Shown here piece after piece: positions 40,301 through 50,335 of a stretch of DNA of 64,000 nucleotides. Within the stretch, counting starts at the first letter, position 1. Every line of letters begins with the position of its first letter. A model generated the notes under the pieces. It was not told the DNA's origin. It saw only the letters and a list, made by a program, of their open reading frames with translations, and did no database searches. The stretch is from Nitrospirota bacterium. Its GTDB lineage: Bacteria; Nitrospirota; UBA9217. The DNA lies in contig CAWJQQ010000002.1 in the NCBI GenBank assembly GCA_963845065.1, positions 128,001 to 192,000 on the forward strand, written 5' to 3'. Made by a program: the position numbers and the translations under genes.

Positions 40301-41538
40301 GGGGGTTCAACTCCATTGTCGTGGTCCCTGTCCGCTACCGGGACACGATCCTCGGCGCCATCCATCTCGCCGACGAGCGGGAGGGAATGTTTCCCCTCCA
40401 AACCGTCGAGTTCCTGGAGCGCATAGCGCTTATTATCGGGGAAGCGCTCTACCGGTTCAGCATCGAAGAACAACAAGTACGCCTTGCTTCAGCCGTGGAA
40501 TCCACGGCCGAAGCCGTCGTGATCACTGATACGACAGCCGGAAAGATTCAGTACGTCAACTCAGCATTCGAACACATTACAGGGTATACTAAAGAAGAAG
40601 TCATTGGAAAAACCCTCCATCTCCTGGACAGCGGAAGATATACCAGCGAGTTTTACGCGGGACTCAGGGAAACGCTCGCGCGCGAAGGCGTGTGGCGGGG
40701 ACTCATGTTGAACAAAAGAAAGGACGGGACCCCGTACTATGAGGACTGTACGATTTCCCCGGTATGGGGGTCTTCGGGCGAGTTGCTGAATTTCGTTTCC
40801 CTCAAGCGCGACGTGACGGAAAAAATAAGGCTGGAGTCCATTGCCGAGTCGGTCAGCACTATGGACAGCATCGGGTATATATTCTCGGGCGTGCGGCATG
40901 AGATCGGGAATCCCATCAATTCCATCAATATGATCCTCGGCCTCATGAAGGCTAAATTGCCCACGCTGTCTCAGGAAGCCATCGTCGACTATCTAGACCG
41001 GATAATCGGCCAGGTCAGTCGCGTGGAATTTCTGCTGCGTTCACTTAAGACCTTCAACATGTTCGAAAGCCAGGAGCCGCAGGATCTGCAAATCGCATCG
41101 TTCATGGAACAGTTCCTGCCCCTTGTCAGGGGCGATTTCGCAAAAAAGGGGATAGAGCTCGACCTGAAGCTGAATGAGCATGCTGAGATGCTCCGTGCCG
41201 ATCCGCGGGCGCTCCAGCAGGTGCTATTGAACCTTTTGACCAACGCTTCGGACGCCGTAACCGACATTAAACACCCGAAGGTAGTCCTTGGCGTGTTCAA
41301 GTCGGGCGGCATGGTCCACATCCAGGTGGAGGACAACGGGTGCGGGATCCCAGAAGATAAAATGAAGGACATATTCAAGCCTTTTTATACTACCAAGGCC
41401 AAGGGCACTGGGCTCGGGCTCGTGATCGTCAAAAAAATGCTCACAAATATGAATGGCACAATCGAGCTTGAAAGCCGGATGGAGCAGGGGACACTAGTGA
41501 CAATTTCGCTTCCCGAGGGAAAGCATGAGCAGAAGTAA
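37306..41538 (+). CDS. Cytoplasmic hybrid sensor kinase (REC-PAS-GAF-GAF-PAS-PAS-GAF-PAS-HisKA-HATPase)
   Basis: N-terminal REC (SDYLMP), PAS and GAF motifs, RHEIGNP, NLLTNA, DNGCG, GTGLGL. Confidence 0.93.
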   Translation: MPKPLHILIVEDSEDDSLLLIRELRRAGYEPVYELVETPETMRAALARKHWDIIVSDYLMPHFSGLAALELLKSTGLDLPFIIVSGNIGEDIAVEAMRAGAHDYIIKGSLARLSPAVERELREAETRRNRKQTEDQLDQSRRRLVETLETINEGFFTLDNDWRFTYVNNEASEMWGKDKRDLIGTTLWDLAPRSEGSPFEERYRKVMKERVPVRFEAISPLLGVWVEVRAHPSEDGIAVYFHNIADRKKAEEDISRLNRLYSVLSKANEAIVRINDIQKLYEKVCRIAIEDGGFKMAWIGLADPATKRIIPAESCGDNGGYLKDINVVADDVPEGRGPTGRAVVEGKYEISSDIEHDLIMLPWRDKALRHGFRTSAAFPLRSRGEVIGALTVYGDQPRSFLNEEIILLSSLAEDISHAVDSLSNEKLRNDAEKRTEVTNALLKLFTQKYSRKEYLDAACGLVREWSGMRRVGVRLLREDNHIPFESCEGYDDTFLEEEDTLSLEQDRCVCMRIVDGSPVDSDRFAMTPNGSFFSGNAIKFTDGLNVAERSQYRGVCMKNGFKSLAVVPIRHRESPIGAIHLADEREGIVHLQNVEFLEHLANIIGEALLRFNMEDDLRKNFDTLQRTSELLERFFSTTHMLVAYMDRDFNFIRVNRAYAEAGYSTSDFYIGKNHFSLYPNVENEEIFRRVVETGEPFLAFEKLFTFTERPELEVSYWDWNVLPVKEADGRVSGIIFTLVNVTPRKRAEDELRQSLAYNRSLIEASLDPLVTIGPRGQIIDVNAATEMATGLLRDELIGTDFSEYFTEPAKARSGNLKVFREGKVRDYALEMRHRDGRVTPVLYNASTYRDDAGNILGIFAAARDVTELKEAERRTSITNSLLQLYTQTYSRKSYLDAAVEIIRSLCSCRNAGIRVKDRDERVPYITCSGFDSSFIESESRLSLAEDHCACTRVISGVLDPADATATTLHGSLYYNSAIGFLDNLPESQKNRYRGICQQRGFNSIVVVPVRYRDTILGAIHLADEREGMFPLQTVEFLERIALIIGEALYRFSIEEQQVRLASAVESTAEAVVITDTTAGKIQYVNSAFEHITGYTKEEVIGKTLHLLDSGRYTSEFYAGLRETLAREGVWRGLMLNKRKDGTPYYEDCTISPVWGSSGELLNFVSLKRDVTEKIRLESIAESVSTMDSIGYIFSGVRHEIGNPINSINMILGLMKAKLPTLSQEAIVDYLDRIIGQVSRVEFLLRSLKTFNMFESQEPQDLQIASFMEQFLPLVRGDFAKKGIELDLKLNEHAEMLRADPRALQQVLLNLLTNASDAVTDIKHPKVVLGVFKSGGMVHIQVEDNGCGIPEDKMKDIFKPFYTTKAKGTGLGLVIVKKMLTNMNGTIELESRMEQGTLVTISLPEGKHEQK

Positions 41539-42874
41539 CATGAAGAAGATATTACTTGTCATCGACGACGACAGGGTTTTTGCGAACGCCGTCAAGGACT
41601 ACCTAACCAGTGAGACCGTAGCGGTTCTCGTCGCCAACACGGCCATGGACGGCCTTGCTATCTGCCACCAGAGAAAGACCGATGTCGTCCTTCTCGATCA
41701 ACAGCTCCCCGATGCGGAAGGCCACACACTCTGTGCCTCCATACTGAAATGCAACGACCAGGCAAAGATCATCTTCTCGACCGCGTTTCCGAGCTTCGAA
41801 AACGCTGTCAAAGCAATTCGGTCCGGCGCATCCGATTACTTGTCGAAACCCTACGACCTGGAAGAGCTGGGCCTGGCTGTCCGACAGGCTTTCCGCACGC
41901 TGGAGCTGGAAAACGTGGAACAGATCCAGGATTACCAGCGCACCCGGGACATTGAGGAAACCGTCGTCATTGGCGGTGATGGACTTGCTGAAACCCTGAA
42001 GCTCGTTGATCTCGCGGCAACTACTGATTCGCCGGTTCTCATTACCGGCGAGACCGGCACAGGCAAGACCCTCGTTGCCAGAGCGATCCATTACCGAGGA
42101 CATACGCACAAGGCGCCTTTTATCAGCATAAACTGCGCTTCACTTCCCGAAAACCTCATCGAGGCGGAACTGTTTGGGTATGAAAAGGGCGCCTTTACCG
42201 GTGCCGTAGTGGCTAGAAAGGGACTGTTCGAGATGGCCGAAGGCGGGACTCTCTTTCTGGACGAGATCGGTGAAATGCCCATGCATTTGCAGGTCAAGCT
42301 CCTTTCCGCCATCGAAGAGAAAAAATTGAGACGGCTTGGCAGCGAATCGATCCGGCCAGTCAGCGTCCGAATCATTGCAGCAACGGGCATCAAATTAGAA
42401 GATTTTTTGGGCAAGACCTTCCGGAAGGACCTCTATTATCGCTTGAGCGTCATCCGGATGCATATCCCGCCGCTCCGGGAACGACGCTCCGATATTCAAG
42501 ATCTCTGCAAATACTTGCTGAAAGCACTTACTGACGGCCATGAAGTCGCGCTGCCGGATACCGAGATTGCCAATCTCTCACGCTATGACTGGCCCGGAAA
42601 CGTTCGTGAATTGAAAAATATTCTCGAGCGGGCATACCTGCTCCAGAGAGACACGGAATTCAGGCCCTCCAAGTTGCTGGGCCAGGCACCCGCTATGGCA
42701 CCTGCCAACAGCGAACGCGCCGATGCAGAAGCCCCCATTCTGACACTAGAAGACGTGGAAATGAACCATATTCAATATGTGCTCGGACGATTCGGCGGCA
42801 ATTTTACACAGACCGCAAAAGCACTCGGTATATCCTTGTCCACGCTCAAAAGAAAATTGAAAACCCCAGAATGA
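41525..42874 (+). CDS. Sigma54-dependent response regulator (NtrC family)
   Basis: REC, GETGTGKT, GAFTGA, WPGNVREL, HTH. Confidence 0.95.
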   Translation: MSRSNMKKILLVIDDDRVFANAVKDYLTSETVAVLVANTAMDGLAICHQRKTDVVLLDQQLPDAEGHTLCASILKCNDQAKIIFSTAFPSFENAVKAIRSGASDYLSKPYDLEELGLAVRQAFRTLELENVEQIQDYQRTRDIEETVVIGGDGLAETLKLVDLAATTDSPVLITGETGTGKTLVARAIHYRGHTHKAPFISINCASLPENLIEAELFGYEKGAFTGAVVARKGLFEMAEGGTLFLDEIGEMPMHLQVKLLSAIEEKKLRRLGSESIRPVSVRIIAATGIKLEDFLGKTFRKDLYYRLSVIRMHIPPLRERRSDIQDLCKYLLKALTDGHEVALPDTEIANLSRYDWPGNVRELKNILERAYLLQRDTEFRPSKLLGQAPAMAPANSERADAEAPILTLEDVEMNHIQYVLGRFGGNFTQTAKALGISLSTLKRKLKTPE

Positions 42875-42929
42875 AGACTTCCAGGTTTATACATCTTTAT
42901 TTCATGAAATCGTTAAAGCACTTCTTAGA

Positions 42930-42968
42930 TTGACGTACTCACACCGTTAAAGCTCATGGGATCTCCCG
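42930..42968 (-). mobile_element. Degenerate IS200/IS605 right-end remnant
   Basis: TTGACGTACTCACACCGTTAAAGCTCATGGGATC resembles TTGA-N-hairpin ends; the hairpin is decayed. Confidence 0.4.
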
Positions 42969-43307
42969 CGCCATCTCCCTAACGGGAAGACGACTGGGAA
43001 CTCGTGTCGTAATACAATCATGATTGTTTCACAAAAAAGTCGAATGGTCCCCTTTCTCGTCAGTCCGATTTGTCCGCGATCATTTCTTTTTCAGTTCGTC
43101 ATTACTTCCATAATGTACTAGATGCACTTTTGTTAATGATCCGCACATATTCGGCATTAACTGAGCCACTCCATTATGCATCCTTTTATAAGCATCAAAC
43201 CCAAATTAATCACCCATCCAAAATAAACCGTTCAAAATGACCTTACCATAGCTAATATAGTTCAAATTTAGCCTCCTATCCCATTGATTCTTCACGCTTC
43301 GCTATTA

Positions 43308-43323
43308 TGGCATCAGCCTTGCT
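43308..43323 (+). promoter_or_regulatory. Sigma54 (-24/-12) promoter
   Basis: TGGCATCAGCCTTGCT with exact GG-N10-GC spacing; upstream repeats GTTCAAAATGACC (43230) and GTTCAAATTTAGC (43260). Confidence 0.8.
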
Positions 43324-43370
43324 TTTTAAACCATGCCAGCGTGAACTATCGTTACTAAAAGGCATTTCCT

Positions 43371-43781
43371 ATGACTGTTAGTTACATGTCTAAGATGACC
43401 GGCAGAAAATTGAAAACTGTCCTTGTGGTGGATGATGAGCAGGAAAACCTCCGTACGTATGAGGAAATCCTTCACGACATGGACTATAACGTCCTGCTGC
43501 AGCCGGACGGCAGCGCCGCGTTAGCGCTTCTCAGCAAAGATGCCGCCGTAGATCTCATCATTACGGATTTCCGAATGCCGGGAATGAACGGCATTGAATT
43601 CATCACGGAATTAAGACGTTGCCGACCTTTTGTGCCGGTAATCATGATCACCGCATATGGAAACATCGAGACCTATCTTCATTCAATCAGTCTTGGTGTG
43701 TTCGAGTATGTGCACAAGCCAGTAAAAAAAGAAGAATTCGAACGTATCGTAAAACGTGCTCTGCACGCTGCTGGCCAGTAA
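43371..43781 (+). CDS. Single-domain response regulator
   Basis: VVDDE, TDFRMPGMNG, ITAYG, KP; start may be at a later Met. Confidence 0.92.
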   Translation: MTVSYMSKMTGRKLKTVLVVDDEQENLRTYEEILHDMDYNVLLQPDGSAALALLSKDAAVDLIITDFRMPGMNGIEFITELRRCRPFVPVIMITAYGNIETYLHSISLGVFEYVHKPVKKEEFERIVKRALHAAGQ

Positions 43782-43810
43782 AGCGCAGTTGCAGTTAATG
43801 GGGTGCAACT

Positions 43811-44248
43811 ATGAACAACAACATTCTGCTGATTGACGATAATGACTGTATCTTGGAGACGCTCGCCCTCAGGTTTGGTGCGTATTTGCAGGACTGGAAC
43901 ATCCTGACGGCAAAGAATGGCAGAGAAGGCACCAAGATTATGTCTTCCTTGCCGGTATCTCTCGTCGTGACAGACCTCCAGATGCCCGATATGGACGGCT
44001 ATGGGGTAATCGAATTCCGAAACAGGAACTACCCGCTCGTTCCGGTCATTGTCATGTCAGGCAACGTTACATCCGAAGTGAGGGGAAAATTGCGGGGGCT
44101 TAACGTGTACGAGTGCTTTGAGAAGCCTTTTAATTTCGATAATTTGTTCCGGCAAGTAGTCGGCGTAATTAGCATTGGCGTTAATTCGGAGGCCGGCGCA
44201 ATACTCGCGAATTCGAACCTCAGTACGTGGCAGAGTAGGGTTGCGTGA
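43811..44248 (+). CDS. Single-domain response regulator
   Basis: LIDDN, TDLQMPDMDG, MSG, KPF. Confidence 0.9.
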   Translation: MNNNILLIDDNDCILETLALRFGAYLQDWNILTAKNGREGTKIMSSLPVSLVVTDLQMPDMDGYGVIEFRNRNYPLVPVIVMSGNVTSEVRGKLRGLNVYECFEKPFNFDNLFRQVVGVISIGVNSEAGAILANSNLSTWQSRVA

Positions 44249-44461
44249 CGGTCCGCGGTTGTGAAGGGAAGAGATAGGACTTTGTGATATCTGCAAATAG
44301 GCATGAGGAATTAACAAAATCAAGACAATATAATTTTTCAGAAAAAATTAAACGCTGTCTCAGATGAGGGGGAAGAAAAAGATGAACAGGAATCTTTCAC
44401 GAGAAGTGCATGAGTATAAAAGCACGAAGCAATCACATCATTTTTTTCTAAGGAGGCCGTC

Positions 44462-45433
44462 ATGAGCCCATGGGACCAGATGGTGGAAGAATTTCCCGGG
44501 ATTAATACCCGAGATGAGGAACGCGAGGAAGTGACTGATGATGATTCGTTTCACGGGCACGAAGGCCATGCCGATGATACGGCCCCTAATGACGTGGCTG
44601 ACAAAGGACTTGACGTTATCAAGTTTTACTTCAAAGAGATCAGGAAATTGCCACTCTTGAATTTCGAGCAGGAGCAGGCGCTTGCCAAGCGTGTCGTAGC
44701 GGGGGACGAAGAGGCACGCGCTCGGATGATCGAAGCCAATCTGCGCCTCGTGGTTGCGATCGGCAAGAAATATATCAACCGGGGACTGCCGTTTTCCGAC
44801 ATCCTCGAAGAGGGCAACCTTGGCCTGATAAGGGCCGTGGAAAAATTCGATTACAAGAGGGGCTTTAAGTTCAGCACCTATGCCTCATGGTGGATCAGGC
44901 AGTCGATCGAACGAGGGATAGCGAACCATGTGAGGATCATCCGTCTACCGGTCCATGTTGCTGAGATCGCTAATGCCTATATGCGCACCGTGCGCAAGCT
45001 GACTCAGGAGCTAGGCCGCGAACCGGCGGCGGATGAGATCGCCAAAAAAATGAAAGTCAGCATCCAGCGGGTGCGCGCCCTTGCCCAGATGTCGCGGGAC
45101 ACCTATTCGCTCGACATGCTAATCAGCGATGAAGGCGACGATACCCTGAAGGACGTTTTACACGATTCGAGTACTCCCTCCCCCGCAGCCGCCGTCAACG
45201 AGCAGGGGAGGCGCAAGTATCTCAGCGAGTGTATTGCAGAGCTGCCGGACACCGAGCAAAACATCCTCCGCATGCGATACGGTCTGAGCTCCGAGGCACC
45301 GCGAACTCTTGACAGTATCGGTAAACAGTTCGGCATCACCCGGGAACGAGTGCGGCAGATCGAGAAACAGGCAATCGGAAAGCTTCGGCACCTGACCAGG
45401 AACAGGGACATGGAACTGGTAGACATGCTGTAA
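44462..45433 (+). CDS. RNA polymerase sigma factor, RpoD/RpoS-like (no region 1.1)
   Basis: [52 protein letters not shown]. Confidence 0.95.
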   Translation: MSPWDQMVEEFPGINTRDEEREEVTDDDSFHGHEGHADDTAPNDVADKGLDVIKFYFKEIRKLPLLNFEQEQALAKRVVAGDEEARARMIEANLRLVVAIGKKYINRGLPFSDILEEGNLGLIRAVEKFDYKRGFKFSTYASWWIRQSIERGIANHVRIIRLPVHVAEIANAYMRTVRKLTQELGREPAADEIAKKMKVSIQRVRALAQMSRDTYSLDMLISDEGDDTLKDVLHDSSTPSPAAAVNEQGRRKYLSECIAELPDTEQNILRMRYGLSSEAPRTLDSIGKQFGITRERVRQIEKQAIGKLRHLTRNRDMELVDML

Positions 45434-45538
45434 ATAGTTGCGTGAAAGAATTTGACAACAGGATTCATGGGTACAAATCAACAGACGGATCAAGAAAACG
45501 TTCTGTTCACGTAACTCTTTAAATGCCTTCGATCCCCC

Positions 45539-45628
45539 AAGAACGATGGTGCGTATGCACAAGCACACATCGTCTTCTCCCCCCTTCCCCCATTTGCTCT
45601 TTCGAGAGCGGATGGGGGAACTCCTTTT
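45539..45628 (+). ncRNA. Candidate two-hairpin structured RNA or terminator
   Basis: Hairpin CGATGGTGC...GCACACATCG, C-rich linker, 16-bp stem TTCCCCCATTTGCTCT-TTCG-AGAGCGGATGGGGGAA. Confidence 0.4.
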
Positions 45629-46152
45629 CATCACCGTCAAATCTTCGTAATTTCGGCCACTGTTCGAGTGTCTCTCGTATGGTGATTTGTGACAGGTTCT
45701 CTTCTCGCGGACACCTTATTCCATGCAGGCCGGTTTGAATGCATAACCTCTTCTCTTAAACGCAAAGTGACGCAGAGAGATTTCAACGGGGTGGCATAGG
45801 CGTTGACAAATAAATAATCTCCGCTCATTAATTCGCTGCAAGTCTCACTTCTCTCCGTCCCTTCGCATATGAATGGGGTTATAGCAGCCCAGACCTCCTC
45901 AAGCAGAAGTATCATACTGATGCAGGATATAGCATAAAAGAGGCGGCCTCCATCCTCATCATGCTATAATTAAATAAATTCAGATGTAGTAGTGTCTGCT
46001 TTCGCAAATTCGTGACCTGCTCCTGACAAACAATGGCGCCATCATAGCTCTAGAAAGGAGACGGTGATCAATTGCGTCTGTCGTTTTTTGGTTCCATCTT
46101 GTCGGGAAGGGGATGCATGAGGTTAGGATTCAACTAACGAGGGAGGCTAACG

Positions 46153-46401
46153 ATGGTTACTGCATTCGCACTAATAGAAGTCCCTGCAAAACGTTCGGAA
46201 GCTGTTGTACAATATCTGAATAAGTATCCCGAGATCAAGGAAGCGGCCGCTGTCTATGGCGATATCGATGTGGTTGCCAAGATCGAGGCTGCTTCTCAAG
46301 CTGAACTTGACCGGGTGATCATGGACGTCATCCAAAGCAGTTCGGACGTCACGGCGACACGGACGCTGGTCGTGATAGAAAAAATACACTGGACGCGATA
46401 A
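46153..46401 (+). CDS. Lrp/AsnC ligand-binding (RAM) domain protein
   Basis: AFALI, VYGDIDVVAKI, TRTLVV; GGAGG RBS. Confidence 0.88.
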   Translation: MVTAFALIEVPAKRSEAVVQYLNKYPEIKEAAAVYGDIDVVAKIEAASQAELDRVIMDVIQSSSDVTATRTLVVIEKIHWTR

Positions 46402-46534
46402 CGGCCTTTTGTAAGAAACCACCCTGTGGCAAAGCAGGTGTAGCCCATCGGGATAACGATCAAAGGCCGAAAGACAAACCCTGTCCTTTGAAGGCTTTTC
46501 CTCATGCAAATAAAAGCATTTCGTTCTCAGTGCG

Positions 46535-46738
46535 TTATATCTTTACAACGTGAGCTGCCTTGGGGCCCTTGGGGCTTTCGACAATTTCAAACGTTACTTC
46601 TTGTCCTTCTGCGAGTGTCTTGAAACCTTCGCCCTCGATTTCGCTAAAATGCACGAATATATCTCCGCCCTCATCCTTTTCAATGAACCCGAAACCTTTT
46701 GCCTCATTGAACCATTTAACTTTACCTTTTGATGCCAT
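46535..46738 (-). CDS. Cold-shock protein
   Basis: [31 protein letters not shown]. Confidence 0.97.
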   Translation of the reverse strand: MASKGKVKWFNEAKGFGFIEKDEGGDIFVHFSEIEGEGFKTLAEGQEVTFEIVESPKGPKAAHVVKI

Positions 46739-47067
46739 CTGAGGTACCTCCTTTCCATAAAATATCCAAAAGCACGGAAGGGCAAAACAAAAAAGCCACG
46801 AAGCTTAGAGTCTCCGCGGCAATTCAAACTGCAAAAACTTCCTAACTTCTTCATAGATATTTTCACATTCTATCCTCCAGAAGTCAAGAGACAAGTTGCA
46901 CAGTCGGCATCGCTGTATCCTCCCATGGGGATGCATTGTACTTACTTCTGCTTCGATGTTCTGATATAATGGAATCACGTGCATCGTTTTAATTTCCGTT
47001 CGCTAATGAAAACTAAAGTAAGTTTCTACGGGCCAATCAATCTGCGAAAACGCCAGGTGATCACTCT

Positions 47068-49728
47068 ATGACAGAATCAATAAGCGGGGAAGCGCACAAG
47101 ACCATCCATCTGAAGGACTACCGGAAACCGGATTACCTTATCGAGACTGTGAACCTCGAGTTCGATCTCGAAGAGACGCATACTCGCGTCAAATCGCTAT
47201 TGACAGTTGTGTGCAATCACGACAAATGCGCAGGCATCCACGCCCTCGTCTTGAACGGCAGGGACCTGTCGCTTAAAGCCGTGAGACTCGACGGCCAAGA
47301 TCTCAGCGATCAGGATTACAATCTGGATGCTTCGTCGCTTACGATCTTGAACGTCCCTGAGCGTTTCACGCTCGAAATCGAAACGGAAATCAATCCCCGA
47401 GACAATACCGAGCTTACCGGACTCTACCTCTCAGGTGGGAACTTCTGCACGCAGTGCGAAGCCGAGGGGTTCCGCAAAATGACCTATTATCCCGACAGGC
47501 CTGATGTCATGGCACGGTTCTTTACTACCATTGTCGCAGATAAGCAGAAGTACCCCGTACTGCTCTCGAACGGCAACTTCATTTCCGGCGGCGATCTTAA
47601 GGACGGAAAACACTTCGCAAAATGGCATGACCCCTTTCCGAAGCCTGCATATCTCTTCGCCTTGGTAGCCGGCGATCTGGCCCGCGTCCGGGACAGCTTC
47701 ACTACCATTTCCGGAAAGAAGGTTGACCTGAGCATCTTCGTCCAGCACCATAACCAGGACAAGTGCGCGCACGCCATGGAGTCGCTCAAACTCGCGATGA
47801 AATGGGACGAGGAGACATATGGTCGGGAGTATGATCTCGACACATTCATGATAGTTGCAGTAGACGATTTCAACATGGGCGCCATGGAGAACAAAGGGTT
47901 GAACGTATTTAACTCGAAGTACGTCCTTGCCAAACCCGAGACCGCCACAGATGCTGACTACCAGGGCATCATGGGCGTTGTTGGCCACGAGTACTTCCAC
48001 AACTGGTCCGGCGACCGGATCACATGCCGTGACTGGTTCCAGCTCTCGCTCAAGGAAGGTTTCACCGTGTTCCGCGACCAGCACTTCATGGAAGACATGA
48101 CCTCGCGGGGTGTCAAGCGCATAAGCGACGTGAACGTTCTCCGCACTCATCAGTTCCGAGAGGACGCGAGCCCAATGGCGCATCCGGTTCGGCCAGAGTC
48201 CTATGTGGAGATCAACAATTTCTATACCCTCACGGTTTATAATAAAGGTGCCGAGGTGATCCGCATGATGCGAACCCTCCTCGGTCCCGAAGGTTTTCGC
48301 AAGGGCACGGACCTCTATTTCTCACGCCATGACGGGCAGGCAGTCACGACGGATGATTTCGCGAAGGCCATGGAGGACGCGACGGGCACTGACCTTCGCC
48401 AGTTTAAGCTCTGGTATTCCCAGGCAGGAACGCCCGAACTGCAGGTAACCCGAACCTATGATTCGAAGGCAAAGACCTATGCGCTCACCATCAGGCAAAC
48501 CTGCCCCCCTACGCCGGGCCAGGACAAGAAGAAACCCTTTCATATCCCCGTAGCTATTGGTTTGCTTGGAGAAGACGGACAAGACTTGGCGTTAAGGCTT
48601 GAGGGGAGGACGGGGAAACAGAGTGATGAAAGGACGAAAGTGCTCCAAATAAGGAATGCAGAGGAAAAGTTCATCTTCACCGACATCCCCCATAAACCAG
48701 TGCCATCGGTTCTTCGCCATTTTTCAGCACCGGTAAAAGTGAGCATCGATCTCACTGATGATGAACGGTTGTTTCTCATGGCCTACGATTCCGATGAGTT
48801 CAACCGATGGGACGCAGGACAGCAGCTTGCGGTCAAGCTGATTCTTCAGTTGATCAGGGACTTCCAGCAGGGCAAAAAGCTCAAGCTGCCGTCAACGTTC
48901 ATCAACGCCTTCAACAAAATTCTCGAAACTTCCATGGATGATAAGGCTTTCCAGTCATTCGCCCTTTCGCTTCCTCCGGAGACCTACCTTGCCGATTTCA
49001 TGGAGGTGATCGACCCGACGGCCATCCACGAGGCACGGAAGTCTTTGCAAAGTGCGCTGGCAATGGAACTCAGGGAAACTTTTTTTGCCGTCTATTATAC
49101 GAACCAGGATGCAGGGCCATATAATGCAGACCAGGTATCCGTCGGAAGGAGAAGCCTTAAGAATATCTGCCTTTCTTATCTCATGGAGCTGGATGAACCC
49201 GGCATCCGCAAGCTCTGCATGGAACAGCTCAGGACAGCGGATAACATGACCGATGTAATGGCAAGCCTCGCGAACGTTGCGAACACCGACTGCCCGGAGC
49301 GACCCGATGCGCTTTCAGGGTTTTACGAAATATGGAAGGACGACCCACTCGTCATGGACAAGTGGCTTTCGATTCAGGCCCTGTCGCGCATTCCTAAGAC
49401 CCTCAAGACAGTAAAAGCGCTCATGAAAAATCCGGTATTCAACATAAAAAACCCGAACAAAGTCCGCTCCCTGATCGGCGCCTTTTCAGCCAATTCCGTC
49501 CGGTTCCATGACCCGAGCGGCGAAGGTTATGCATTCCTGGCAGACCAGGTCCTCGCGATCGATCCCATGAATCCCCAAATTGCCGCACGTCTTGTCTCGG
49601 CCTTCACCATGTGGAAACGATATGACAAAAACAGGCAGGAGCTCATGAAAGAGCAGCTTGAAAGGATGCTGAACGCTCCGAAGTTGTCGAAGGACGTGCA
49701 TGAGATCGTGTCGAAAAGTCTGGCATGA
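47068..49728 (+). CDS. pepN: Aminopeptidase N (M1)
   Basis: [23 protein letters not shown]...LKEG, YNKGAE, NPNKVRS. Confidence 0.97.
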   Translation: MTESISGEAHKTIHLKDYRKPDYLIETVNLEFDLEETHTRVKSLLTVVCNHDKCAGIHALVLNGRDLSLKAVRLDGQDLSDQDYNLDASSLTILNVPERFTLEIETEINPRDNTELTGLYLSGGNFCTQCEAEGFRKMTYYPDRPDVMARFFTTIVADKQKYPVLLSNGNFISGGDLKDGKHFAKWHDPFPKPAYLFALVAGDLARVRDSFTTISGKKVDLSIFVQHHNQDKCAHAMESLKLAMKWDEETYGREYDLDTFMIVAVDDFNMGAMENKGLNVFNSKYVLAKPETATDADYQGIMGVVGHEYFHNWSGDRITCRDWFQLSLKEGFTVFRDQHFMEDMTSRGVKRISDVNVLRTHQFREDASPMAHPVRPESYVEINNFYTLTVYNKGAEVIRMMRTLLGPEGFRKGTDLYFSRHDGQAVTTDDFAKAMEDATGTDLRQFKLWYSQAGTPELQVTRTYDSKAKTYALTIRQTCPPTPGQDKKKPFHIPVAIGLLGEDGQDLALRLEGRTGKQSDERTKVLQIRNAEEKFIFTDIPHKPVPSVLRHFSAPVKVSIDLTDDERLFLMAYDSDEFNRWDAGQQLAVKLILQLIRDFQQGKKLKLPSTFINAFNKILETSMDDKAFQSFALSLPPETYLADFMEVIDPTAIHEARKSLQSALAMELRETFFAVYYTNQDAGPYNADQVSVGRRSLKNICLSYLMELDEPGIRKLCMEQLRTADNMTDVMASLANVANTDCPERPDALSGFYEIWKDDPLVMDKWLSIQALSRIPKTLKTVKALMKNPVFNIKNPNKVRSLIGAFSANSVRFHDPSGEGYAFLADQVLAIDPMNPQIAARLVSAFTMWKRYDKNRQELMKEQLERMLNAPKLSKDVHEIVSKSLA

Positions 49729-49814
49729 TCACTAGGCAGAAAAGCTGCAGTGCACGGTGTTTTGTATGATTCACATCCGTATTTTGTGCCTCAAACTTCC
49801 TGTGCCACTGTAGG

Positions 49815-50228
49815 TCAGGCGTTTATTTCAGGATTACCACTCGTCATCCAATCGTTCATTACTTGCTCCAACTCTCTTCTGAAGTGATCGATATCTACGG
49901 CTTTGTGAAGAAAACTGTTCGCACCTGCTTTATAGGATGCTTCTCTATCCGATTCCAGTTCCGAATGGGTGACGATGACAACAGGTAGGAAGCGCAGACG
50001 TTCATCGTCCCGAATTTTTCGCAGCACCTCGATGCCGTCCAGCTTTGGCATCTTTAAATCGAGCAAGACCAGAGAAGGCAGCGCACTTGTGCAGCGGAGG
50101 AGCGCAAGCCCGGCCTCCCCGTTCAAGGCCGTATCGGTCTTGATCTTTCTCTCAATTTTCGCCAGAACCATTTTTGTCAGCAGGATATCGTCCTCGCTGT
50201 CATCGATTATGAGCACTGATCGTTCCAT
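49815..50228 (-). CDS. Single-domain response regulator (Rcp1-like)
   Basis: DDSEDD, LLDLKMPKLDG, GANSFLHK; start taken at MERSV. Confidence 0.9.
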   Translation of the reverse strand: MERSVLIIDDSEDDILLTKMVLAKIERKIKTDTALNGEAGLALLRCTSALPSLVLLDLKMPKLDGIEVLRKIRDDERLRFLPVVIVTHSELESDREASYKAGANSFLHKAVDIDHFRRELEQVMNDWMTSGNPEINA

Positions 50229-50335
50229 TTTTATCGTCCTCCGCACGTAAAGTCCTGAGTCTCTGGTAGCACGCCTGAAGTCAGAAGTCCCAACTGAACA
50301 GAAGAAGAGGCCCGAGACTGTTATTATTCTTGTAG

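Noticed and set aside
45637..45965. 92-aa minus-strand ORF
   Set aside because: No clear RBS or family motif; at most a decayed GAF-like fragment.
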